Positions 19,909 through 28,302 of a stretch of 64,000 nucleotides of DNA are shown piece by piece. Each line of letters starts with the position of its first letter. The first letter of the stretch is position 1. This stretch comes from Planctomycetota bacterium (GTDB taxonomy: Bacteria > Planctomycetota > B15-G4). The notes beneath the pieces were generated by a model, which did not search any database, had not been told where the DNA came from, and worked only from the letters and a program-made list of their open reading frames with translations. The stretch is taken from the NCBI GenBank assembly GCA_038212275.1, contig JBBQUR010000001.1, positions 96,001 through 160,000 on the forward strand. Direction: 5' to 3'. The position numbers and the translations under genes are program-made.

Positions 19909-22900
19909 GTGGTTACGACTGTCGTCCGACTTCCCCGGTTGATCCTTTTGATGCTGCTGATCGCCTCAGCGGCCACGGCCCAATCGACCGTGATGCTCAA
20001 GACCATGTCGGGTACCCGAGGCTTCGAAGCCCAGGGAAAGGGGGGCGTGTCAGGGACTCCGTCCAAGCCGATCCAAGGAATGCTTGGTGCGAGCTCGGCG
20101 CTCGTGGACCTGAATGCCGACGGATATGACGACCTCGTCGTCGGTGCGCCTTCCCTGCCGACAAGCCCCAACATGGGCGTCCTTGATGATGCGGGGCACG
20201 TCTACGTTCGTTTTGGCGGCCCTGGTTTGGGGCTCCCGGGCGATGGCGGCAACTTCAACTTCGCAAGTTTCACCGCGGGATCCGCTGTTGACCTCTTCGG
20301 TGAGCCCGGGGACCGGGCCGGTGCATCCATCGCCGCCGCTGGCGATGTCAATGGAGACGGTGTTCAGGATGTGATCATCGGAACTCCGGGCCGATCGTTC
20401 GGCGGCCGCAATGCGGCTGGAGGCGCCTATGTGGTGTTCGGCCGCGCCGACCTGGCCAGCCTTCCAACAGTCGTTTCGCTGTCCGCACTGGCCGCTGGCG
20501 TTGCCAACCGTGCCGTCTTCGTACTTGGCGCGAGGGCGTTGAGTGGCTCCGGGACCTCCGTCGGTGGCGGAGTAGACGTGAATGGTGACGGTCGGGATGA
20601 CCTCATCCTGGGAGCGCCACTGGATTCGACGAATGGTCACTCTCAAAACGGAACGGCGACCGTGCTCTATGGACAGGCCGGGTTTCCAGCCTTGACCACC
20701 ATCGATCTGGCGACGCAAGCGGCTGGCCAGGTCACCGTCGTGCACGGAATCGCGGATCTCCAGCTTGTTGGATTCTCGGTGGCGGGGATCGGGCGATTCG
20801 ATCCTGTCCTCCCGATGACAAACAACCTTACGAGCCTGTTCCTGGGCGATGACGTCGCCATTGGAGCTCCCGGTACAACACTGGGCGCGAAATTCTTTGC
20901 CGGTGCGGTCTACGTCCTTCGCGGAACGGTTGGCGTCGTTCCGGCTGCGTCGTACACCACCGCCGATTTTGGAAATGGCTCCTTCAAGGCCGGTGTGGCG
21001 TATACGGGAAACGTTGCCGGAGATCAGGCCGGGTTCGCAGTGTCGACCGCGGGCGATGTGATCTTCGACGGGCAGGGGTTTGATGATTTCTTCATCACGG
21101 CTCCCTACAGCGACGGGATCGGTCGCCCGGACAGCGGCTCTATCTATGTCATCGGCGGGAATTTTCTCGGGGCCAATCCAGTTGGATTCGACCTTGGTCA
21201 GGTTGGCCTGGGAAGCCCGTCAATCATCGCGATTCACATTCAGGGTGCGGCAACAAATGATGGAAGTCTTGGCGTGGTCGCCACGAACGCGGGCGACTGG
21301 AACGGAGACAACCTGCCGGATCTCCTCATCGGCTTTCCCAATGCAACCGTCGTCAATAATGCAAACGTCTACGTCGGTGCGGGGCGCGCGAGGATTCTCA
21401 ACGGCGCAGTCGTCCTGACATCGGCCGGCACGGTGGACCTGAGCAACACTGTGGCCGGATACGAGTTGTTCCAGATGCAGGGTGAAGTCACTGGTGCTCA
21501 CGTGGGTGTCGGAATTGCTGCCGGCGATATCAACGGTGACGGCCAGAAAGATGTCTCGGTCGGCGCTGATCGAGCCCCTTCGGATCCGCTCCCAGGTGAC
21601 CCGACCGGCCTGGTGAACCAGAATACCGGACGGGCGCACGTGGTTTACGGCCCTGTGCTGCGGCTCGATGGCATCGTGCCGACCGTGTCGCACTTCGGCG
21701 GGCCGGCAGTCACGCTGACCGCGCAGAATGTCTCGCCTTCCACGCAGGTGCTTGTGGATGGAAAGAACGCGACCATCACCGCCTTGCTGTCCGGCGACAC
21801 GGGGAGCATCACATTTTCCCCCCCCAAGCCGGTGGTTGCCGGCAACCTGGCCGATATCAGCCTCAACACCGGATCCGGCGACATCACGTACAAGGATTCG
21901 TTGCAGTACACGTTGCTTTCCGTGACAACGGGCCCGAGCCCAAGCTCGGGATTCGCCACGAGCTCTGTGAGTTTCACCGGAAAGGGATTCTCAAGCGCAG
22001 GCGATACCACTGTGATGATTCGCGACGGTGCCCAACTGTTCCCGGCGTCGGTGACGGCAGTCGACGGTGTGGCCGGGACGATGACCGTTCAGCTGCCGGC
22101 CGGCCCTCAGGGAGACTCGCCGTTGGACGTTCTCATCACGAACAGCAACGGCATGACGACCATTGCCGGCGGATTGACTTACCTTTCGCTCGTGGTCGGC
22201 GCGGTGAATCCACCCATGGCGCCCCAGACCTCGGGAATCTTTGCAGCAGGTGCGCAACCGTACGAAGGGCAGCCTGCCGTCGCCGCGACGGTGATCGTGA
22301 CGGCGGCCAGCGGCTCGGTTCCTGGTGACCTCGAGTTGGAGTTCGGGACGCCCGCTCTCGGCTACAGGAAGGCGACAATCACGGGTATTGCCGGAAACAT
22401 GGTTGGTGTGCTGGTTCCGGCGTTTCTGCTTGGCCCACAGACGGTTGTCGATGTTCGCGCTACCGGAGGTGGCGATTCCGGTGTGAACTTCGGTGCATTC
22501 ACCTACCTTGCAAGCGACTTCCATGAGTTCAAGCAATATGAGAAGACGGGGTTCGGCGCGACGGCGCCCCGCACTCTCATGGCCGGTGAGTTCAAGACCG
22601 GCGGAAAAGTGTTGCTCCAGATGTCGAACTGGCCCCCGCAGAATCAGCTGGGGTTGCTTTTCATCGGTATCGGACTCATGGATCCGCCGCTGCCCATCAA
22701 GGGTGGTCTCTTTCCCATCAACACAGGTCTTCCATACTTCACCTTCTTCTACCCGTTCCCGGGATTGTCCGGACTCTCTCTCCCAACGACGCTTCCTGCC
22801 CTGGATCCGGCCGCCGAGGGGTTTCCGATCTACATGCACACCTTGACCAAGGAAGCGCAGGGCGGTCAGGTCCGGTACGGCTTCTCGAACCTGTTGTCGG

Positions 22901-22923
22901 CGACGATCAACAACATTCCCTGA
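19909..22923 (+). CDS. Secreted integrin-alpha/FG-GAP repeat protein with IPT/TIG-like domains and the shared C-terminal domain
   Basis: Repeats DLNADGYDDLVVGAP, GDVNGDGVQDVIIG, GDWNGDNLPDLLIG; TIG-like Ig repeats; start GTG 19909 after GAGG (uncertain). Confidence 0.85.
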   Translation: MVTTVVRLPRLILLMLLIASAATAQSTVMLKTMSGTRGFEAQGKGGVSGTPSKPIQGMLGASSALVDLNADGYDDLVVGAPSLPTSPNMGVLDDAGHVYVRFGGPGLGLPGDGGNFNFASFTAGSAVDLFGEPGDRAGASIAAAGDVNGDGVQDVIIGTPGRSFGGRNAAGGAYVVFGRADLASLPTVVSLSALAAGVANRAVFVLGARALSGSGTSVGGGVDVNGDGRDDLILGAPLDSTNGHSQNGTATVLYGQAGFPALTTIDLATQAAGQVTVVHGIADLQLVGFSVAGIGRFDPVLPMTNNLTSLFLGDDVAIGAPGTTLGAKFFAGAVYVLRGTVGVVPAASYTTADFGNGSFKAGVAYTGNVAGDQAGFAVSTAGDVIFDGQGFDDFFITAPYSDGIGRPDSGSIYVIGGNFLGANPVGFDLGQVGLGSPSIIAIHIQGAATNDGSLGVVATNAGDWNGDNLPDLLIGFPNATVVNNANVYVGAGRARILNGAVVLTSAGTVDLSNTVAGYELFQMQGEVTGAHVGVGIAAGDINGDGQKDVSVGADRAPSDPLPGDPTGLVNQNTGRAHVVYGPVLRLDGIVPTVSHFGGPAVTLTAQNVSPSTQVLVDGKNATITALLSGDTGSITFSPPKPVVAGNLADISLNTGSGDITYKDSLQYTLLSVTTGPSPSSGFATSSVSFTGKGFSSAGDTTVMIRDGAQLFPASVTAVDGVAGTMTVQLPAGPQGDSPLDVLITNSNGMTTIAGGLTYLSLVVGAVNPPMAPQTSGIFAAGAQPYEGQPAVAATVIVTAASGSVPGDLELEFGTPALGYRKATITGIAGNMVGVLVPAFLLGPQTVVDVRATGGGDSGVNFGAFTYLASDFHEFKQYEKTGFGATAPRTLMAGEFKTGGKVLLQMSNWPPQNQLGLLFIGIGLMDPPLPIKGGLFPINTGLPYFTFFYPFPGLSGLSLPTTLPALDPAAEGFPIYMHTLTKEAQGGQVRYGFSNLLSATINNIP

Positions 22924-22996
22924 TGCGAACTCCGCCGCAGTGGCTCTGAGTTCATGTTCGGATGAACCGTGCTCAGGTCCGCCAGCTGGAATCGGC

Positions 22997-23665
22997 TCAC
23001 ACCAGCAGATCGAGCAAGCTGGACAAGGCCTTTCTTCCCTGGCTTCCTGAGTCCACGCGCAGCCCGAGACGGTGGTGGAGCGCCTCCCGTGCCACACGCG
23101 CAACGGTTGCGGACAGCTTCACTGTCTCGTGGCTCTCAGGCAAATCGATGTCGACCTCGAGCCGAGTTCCTTCGGCGAACCAGTTGGCTGAGGTTCGGAC
23201 AGTGCGGATCCCGATGCCACTTGGCGAGACATCCACGAGCTTGCCGCGCACCTCGCTGCGCTCGCCGCGAATCGTCACCGAGAGCCGCACAGTGAACTCC
23301 CGGCCGAACACCCGCTCCCCACGGCGGCGCTGGCAAGGCGCGACGAGCGACGGCGCTTCCAGGAGCACGCGGGCCGAGCTCGGGCGATCCTTGAACGGCG
23401 TCCAGTCGTGAATGGAGGTCAGAAACGTGTGCACCGCGCCTTCGCCGTCGGTGAAGAATCCGCGGACTGCAGCTCCCTGCCTCATCTGGCCGACAAATCC
23501 ATCCGGCAATGCGGCCGTGAGCTGGGGACGACCGCGCTCGTCAGCGGGCAGGAAGGCGCCCGAGCACTGCACGATCTCGCCGTTGACGAGAATCCATAGC
23601 TCGAGGGGATGTCCACCGGCACAGGCTCCGGCCAGCGGCGGTGGCAGCACGTGTGTTGCACCCAT
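22997..23665 (-). CDS. PilZ-domain (YcgR/flagellar brake-like) c-di-GMP receptor
   Basis: QRRRGER (RxxxR) and DVSPSG (DxSxxG) motifs preceded by an N-terminal beta domain. Confidence 0.82.
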   Translation of the reverse strand: MGATHVLPPPLAGACAGGHPLELWILVNGEIVQCSGAFLPADERGRPQLTAALPDGFVGQMRQGAAVRGFFTDGEGAVHTFLTSIHDWTPFKDRPSSARVLLEAPSLVAPCQRRRGERVFGREFTVRLSVTIRGERSEVRGKLVDVSPSGIGIRTVRTSANWFAEGTRLEVDIDLPESHETVKLSATVARVAREALHHRLGLRVDSGSQGRKALSSLLDLLV

Positions 23666-23785
23666 GTCCCCTTCGTCGGCTTGAAAGCGTCGCCAAGTTG
23701 AGCCTGCCGGTCAGGAAGCGGGGCCACGGGCTTGATGAGCGCCCAGCCGGCGGACGGTGGGGAAGGTCACTGCGGACGGATTCGC

Positions 23786-24853
23786 TCAAGGCGCCGCCAC
23801 CGCTTCAAGGGCTGATCGCAGCAGTTCCTTAGACGGGCCACGCAGCAATCGGATGCTTCCTGGTGCGTCCGGCAGGATGAAAAGCAGGTGGCCTGCACGG
23901 CGCTTCTTGTCATGGATCAGCTGCGAAATGACGGCTTCGGCGTGCCACGAAGCGGAAACAGGAAGCTCCCATCGCTTCAGCACCGCAGCCAGCCGGGACT
24001 GCAGTCCCGGACCACCACCCGTCAGGGCAGCAAGCCGGGCGGCACACAGCAAGCCGAGTCCGACGGCCTCGCCATGGCGCAGTGAACGTCGCGTACTACC
24101 CTTTGCTCGATGCGGGGCATGCGTCTCGTCGTCGCCGAGTGAGAGTGCTTCAAACGCGTGACCGAACGTGTGACCGAGGTTGAGAAACTGTCGATCGCCC
24201 TCGTCAAAGGGGTCTCTCGCGACCAGTTCCAGCTTCACGGCCAGGCAGCGCTCCACGAGAGTTGCAATGTGTGGCCCTCCGGCTGCAATGTCTGCCGGCT
24301 GACAGCCCGAGACCGCGTCGAGCAGCGCATCACCGGAAATCAGCGCCGTCTTCAGTGCTTCGGCGAGCCCTGCGCGTATTTCAGCTGCGGGCAAGCTGGT
24401 CAGCATGTCGGGATCAATGATGACAGCTTCGGGCGCGTGAAATGCACCGACACTGTTCTTGGCGCCTCCATGGTTGACCGCGGTTTTTCCGCCGAATGCC
24501 GCATCGATCTGACCGATGAGCGTCGTCGGGACGGCGCACCAGCGTATTCCTCGTCGGTGGAGTGACGCCGCGAGACCACCGATGTCGGTCACTACTCCGC
24601 CTCCGATCCCGATCAACTGGGCATCGCGGTCGAGACCGGCAGCCGACATGGTCTCCAGCAGGCTTCCGAGCGACGCCCAGTTCTTGCTGGATTCGCCGGC
24701 CCGCAGCACATGACGCGGCCATGCCGACAGCGCGGCCGGAAGCAGCCGGGAGACATTCTCATCCGTGACGACGAAGCGCCGGGGTGCCTCGGGCAGATGG
24801 CTTGGCAGATCGCCAAGTGCGCCTGCCCGGATCAGTACACTCGACGGATTCAC
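23786..24853 (-). CDS. aroB: 3-dehydroquinate synthase
   Basis: GESSK, GGGVVTDIGG, VPTTL.GQIDAAFGGKT, LNLGHTFGHAFE, HGEAV, DKK. Confidence 0.93.
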   Translation of the reverse strand: MNPSSVLIRAGALGDLPSHLPEAPRRFVVTDENVSRLLPAALSAWPRHVLRAGESSKNWASLGSLLETMSAAGLDRDAQLIGIGGGVVTDIGGLAASLHRRGIRWCAVPTTLIGQIDAAFGGKTAVNHGGAKNSVGAFHAPEAVIIDPDMLTSLPAAEIRAGLAEALKTALISGDALLDAVSGCQPADIAAGGPHIATLVERCLAVKLELVARDPFDEGDRQFLNLGHTFGHAFEALSLGDDETHAPHRAKGSTRRSLRHGEAVGLGLLCAARLAALTGGGPGLQSRLAAVLKRWELPVSASWHAEAVISQLIHDKKRRAGHLLFILPDAPGSIRLLRGPSKELLRSALEAVAAP

Positions 24854-24926
24854 GTGTCGTAACGCGCTCCTGCGTCGGGAGAGTCCGAGCGTTGGAGTCC
24901 TCGCGCGCGCGATTGCACCAAGTCGC

Positions 24927-26339
24927 TCATGTCGATGACGACGGCCCGGCGGGCCCGACACTGTCGGTAGGCCCGTCCTCCGGTGCCTTCTGCCTGCCCG
25001 CCCCGGTTTTCGTCGACAGGACTCCAGGGAGGCTTGCGAGTTTCTTGAGTCGGGTCATGCGCCGACTGCGCGCCGTGACGGCCTCCGATTCGTCGCGCCG
25101 GCTCATGAGCCAGGCTGCCAGGACGACCGTCGCCACGATACCGATCGTGATCTTGATGAGCAGCGGTGAGAAGTCGTTCTTTGGCGCGACGTATTTCTGC
25201 AGACGTCGAGCGATGACCACGGCTGCCGTGTAGGGCTGACCGAGCTGATTCTCGTAAGCGAAGCGCCGGAAGTAGATGCCGTCCGCGTCCACGACATCCA
25301 GCTTGGGCACGAGGCCCTCAGGCTTCTCGAACGTGATGAGCAGGGTCGCGCCGCTGTAGCTGGAAAGCCAGAGGTTCCACACGAAGGGGATGCCCAGCGG
25401 GTTCTCGCCGCGCGGTCCGAGCGGTACCTCCTGGACGGCTGCCAGCAAGCCGGATACGCGCAGCGCCTCACCGCGATGTGCGTCCGTGTTGCGCATGAGT
25501 TCGCTTGCCCTGAATTCCTGGGGCGGGGAGCCTTCCGGAAACATCGTCTCGAGCGAGGCCTGATTGACATAGGAGAGGAGTTCGTAGAACTCGGGACTCT
25601 CCAGAGGTCGACTCGCCTCGGTGAGGTCGTAGTCTCGAACGCGCAGGAAGAGGTCCGGCCGCAAAGCCGTCACCGGCTCGATGCGGTAGCTGCTCCGCAG
25701 CAGTTCCTCCCCGATGATGAGCGGCCCGGACGACGTGCTGCGGTCCGGCCGGAGCATGTCGTATTGCTTGAGGTAGAAGCCTGCCACCTTGATCACGTCG
25801 CCGACGCGCACCTCGAAGGGCTCCGTCACGACGAGGAAGTTCCAGGATCGTTCCTCCTCGTCCTTGATCTCTCCGCGAACCCGGTAGCCCTGGCTGTCGG
25901 TGATCGGCTCGAACCATTGCAGTTCGCCCAGTGCGTAGACGGCGTCCCCGCGATGATCCGCGCCGTGCTGCTCGAGTGCGACGCGGTCCGCCACCACCAT
26001 GCCGAGCTTCTCGAGGTCGCCGTAGACGAGCTGGGAGGCTTGCTCGAGCAGATGTGCGGCAGGTTCGCGCTCGATCTCGGCACGCTGCGCCGGCGTCGAG
26101 TCGGCGACGGACGCGAGCCTCTCGCTCTCGACGTGCGCCAGCGGTGCGGCTACTTTCGGCTCTTCCAGCGCAGCACTCGGCAGTGCCGCCTCCGGTGGAG
26201 CGGAACTCCTGTCCCTGTTGAAGAGGTAGAAGCCGAGGACCAGCAACGCCACGGCGCTGTATGCGACGAGCCGCCGCTGTTCTGTGCGAACGCGACCGGA
26301 CCCGCCGGCAAGCGTCCTGCTGAGCCGTTGCCTGTCCAT
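24927..26339 (-). CDS. Hypothetical membrane protein (two TM helices flanking a duplicated extracytoplasmic domain)
   Basis: N- and C-terminal hydrophobic helices; internal duplication 'ADHRGDAVYALG' / 'DAHRGEALRVSG' and 'AGFYLKQY' / 'DGIYFRRF'. Confidence 0.7.
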   Translation of the reverse strand: MDRQRLSRTLAGGSGRVRTEQRRLVAYSAVALLVLGFYLFNRDRSSAPPEAALPSAALEEPKVAAPLAHVESERLASVADSTPAQRAEIEREPAAHLLEQASQLVYGDLEKLGMVVADRVALEQHGADHRGDAVYALGELQWFEPITDSQGYRVRGEIKDEEERSWNFLVVTEPFEVRVGDVIKVAGFYLKQYDMLRPDRSTSSGPLIIGEELLRSSYRIEPVTALRPDLFLRVRDYDLTEASRPLESPEFYELLSYVNQASLETMFPEGSPPQEFRASELMRNTDAHRGEALRVSGLLAAVQEVPLGPRGENPLGIPFVWNLWLSSYSGATLLITFEKPEGLVPKLDVVDADGIYFRRFAYENQLGQPYTAAVVIARRLQKYVAPKNDFSPLLIKITIGIVATVVLAAWLMSRRDESEAVTARSRRMTRLKKLASLPGVLSTKTGAGRQKAPEDGPTDSVGPAGPSSST

Positions 26340-26341
26340 GA

Positions 26342-27037
26342 TCAGGAATTCCGCGAGGTGCAGGCCGAAGTGAGCTCGTCGAAGAGCCGGCGCTGGCGCG
26401 CATCGTCCAGCATGCGCTCGGGATGCCACTGGACGCCCAGCAGAAAGGGAGCGGAGCATGACTCGAATGCTTCGACGATGCCGTCAGGCGCATGCGCGAC
26501 GGCCACGAGGTCGGCGCCGAGCCGGTTCACCGCCTGATGATGCTCCGTGTTGACGGCGAAACGGCTGCCGAGGAGTTCCGCCAGGCGGCTGCCGAGCCGG
26601 GCCTGCACGTCGTGGCGGCGCAGGAAGCTCGGGTCGCGGTGATCCACGAGCGAGGCGATGTCGGGAACGTGCTGGTGCAGGCTTCCTCCGCTGGCGACGT
26701 TCAGCGTCTGCATGCCGCCGCAGATTCCCAGGGCCGGCATGCGTCGCGCTATCACGGCGCGTGCCAGCAGCAACTCCGTCGCCATGCGCGAGGCATGCAT
26801 CAAGGTGGTTTCCGCATGGAGTGGCTCGCCCCAGAGCGCCGGGTCGAGATCCTCACTGCCCGTGAAGACGATGCCCTGCAGCCGGTCGAGCAGCGCGTGC
26901 GCTGCTGCCTCCGCTGTGATGAAGGGCAGCGGTACGGGCAGAGCTCCGGCCGCGTGAAGCGCCAGGACATATCTCGGGTTGACCCGAGGCTGCCCATCGG
27001 AGTCCGCACTGCACGTCACGCCTATGAACGGTTGCAT
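26342..27037 (-). CDS. Gamma-glutamyl-gamma-aminobutyrate hydrolase family (peptidase C26, class I glutamine amidotransferase)
   Basis: LGICGGMQ.LNV, VNTEHHQAV, GVQWHPE. Confidence 0.9.
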   Translation of the reverse strand: MQPFIGVTCSADSDGQPRVNPRYVLALHAAGALPVPLPFITAEAAAHALLDRLQGIVFTGSEDLDPALWGEPLHAETTLMHASRMATELLLARAVIARRMPALGICGGMQTLNVASGGSLHQHVPDIASLVDHRDPSFLRRHDVQARLGSRLAELLGSRFAVNTEHHQAVNRLGADLVAVAHAPDGIVEAFESCSAPFLLGVQWHPERMLDDARQRRLFDELTSACTSRNS

Positions 27038-27045
27038 CGCGGAAG

Positions 27046-27053
27046 ATTATAGT
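27046..27053. promoter_or_regulatory. Overlapping divergent -10 elements (TATAAT on minus, TATAGT on plus)
   Basis: ATTATAGT in a 23-bp spacer between two divergent ATGs, 8 and 7 nt from each start. Confidence 0.6.
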
Positions 27054-27060
27054 GGGCCGC

Positions 27061-28302
27061 ATGACCGAGGCGACACCGGGGACACGCCTGCAGCAGCGAC
27101 TTTCCGGCCTGGTGGACCTGGAGCGCTCGCGCGGCTTTCACGCAGGTCAGGTTCCCCTCGGACTCGACCGCATGGAGAGCCTCCTCGCCGCGCTTCCGAC
27201 GCTGGCCTGGCCACGACTCTCCGTCCACGTCGCCGGCAGCGAGGGCAAGACGTCGACGACCGAACTCATCGCGGCCGGTCTGACGGCCCAGCGCCTGCTG
27301 ACTGCGACCTACACGTCGCCGCACCTGTCGGACGTCCGCGAACGGATGCGCATCGGAGGAGTCTTCCCTCCGGAGGCTCCGCTCGACGTCGCGGTCGACG
27401 TCGTGGATGGAGCGGCCGCTCGCCTCGGGCTTCAACCCACGTTCTTCGAATTCCTGACCGCCACGGCCAGGGTGCTCTACGCGCACACAGGCGTCGATGC
27501 CGTCGTCTGGGAAACAGGGCTGGGCGGACGACTTGACGCAACGCGACTCATGGCTGCCGATCTCTGCGTGATCACGTCGATCAGCCTCGAACACACGGCC
27601 ATCCTGGGAGACACGCTTGCCCAGATTGCCGCCGAGAAGGCGGGCATCCTGCGCGCAGGTGTGCCCCTTGTCCTCGGAGCCGACGTGCCGGCCGCCGCAC
27701 GCGAGGTGATACTCGCTCAAGCCGACGCGATGCAGTGTGAGGTGGTCAACGTGGCGCCGGCCGGGGCGGATTTCCGTTCCCGAAATCGCGCCACGGCGCG
27801 CACCGCGCTTGCCGTTCTCGCCGACCGCGGACTGATCGATGAGCCTGACGAGGCGGTGGAAGCTGCTCTCGCGTTCCATCTCGTGGCAGGGCGACTGCAT
27901 CGCTGCGGTGATGTACTTTTCGATGGCGCCCACACGGCAGCGGCTTGCGGCTCGCTTGCCGGGACGCTGCTCGACTCGGACGGCGTCCGGGACATCGGCT
28001 GCGTGCTCTTCGGCGCCACGTCGGGCCGTGACACGGCGGCGATGATGACTCCCCTGTTGCCGCTCGGCTGCCCGTTGATACTCACTCGCGCGCCCGGCGA
28101 CCGTGGCGTGGACCCGGAAGAACTTGCATGCCAGCTGGCCCCCGGACGCGCGCTTGTCGTGGACAACCCTGAGCAGGCCCTGACCCGCGCCCGGCAACTC
28201 GCCCGGGAACACGCGGCCAGGAATCCAGGCGCCGGGCACACCGTGCTCGTGACGGGTTCACTGCATCTCGTCGGCTGCCTGCTCGGGGTTGCGTGTCACT
28301 GA
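27061..28302 (+). CDS. folC: Folylpolyglutamate synthase/dihydrofolate synthase
   Basis: HVAGSEGKTS P-loop, YTSPHL, TFFE, ETGLGGRLDAT, ITSISLEH, EKAGI, DGAH, VTGSL. Confidence 0.9.
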   Translation: MTEATPGTRLQQRLSGLVDLERSRGFHAGQVPLGLDRMESLLAALPTLAWPRLSVHVAGSEGKTSTTELIAAGLTAQRLLTATYTSPHLSDVRERMRIGGVFPPEAPLDVAVDVVDGAAARLGLQPTFFEFLTATARVLYAHTGVDAVVWETGLGGRLDATRLMAADLCVITSISLEHTAILGDTLAQIAAEKAGILRAGVPLVLGADVPAAAREVILAQADAMQCEVVNVAPAGADFRSRNRATARTALAVLADRGLIDEPDEAVEAALAFHLVAGRLHRCGDVLFDGAHTAAACGSLAGTLLDSDGVRDIGCVLFGATSGRDTAAMMTPLLPLGCPLILTRAPGDRGVDPEELACQLAPGRALVVDNPEQALTRARQLAREHAARNPGAGHTVLVTGSLHLVGCLLGVACH

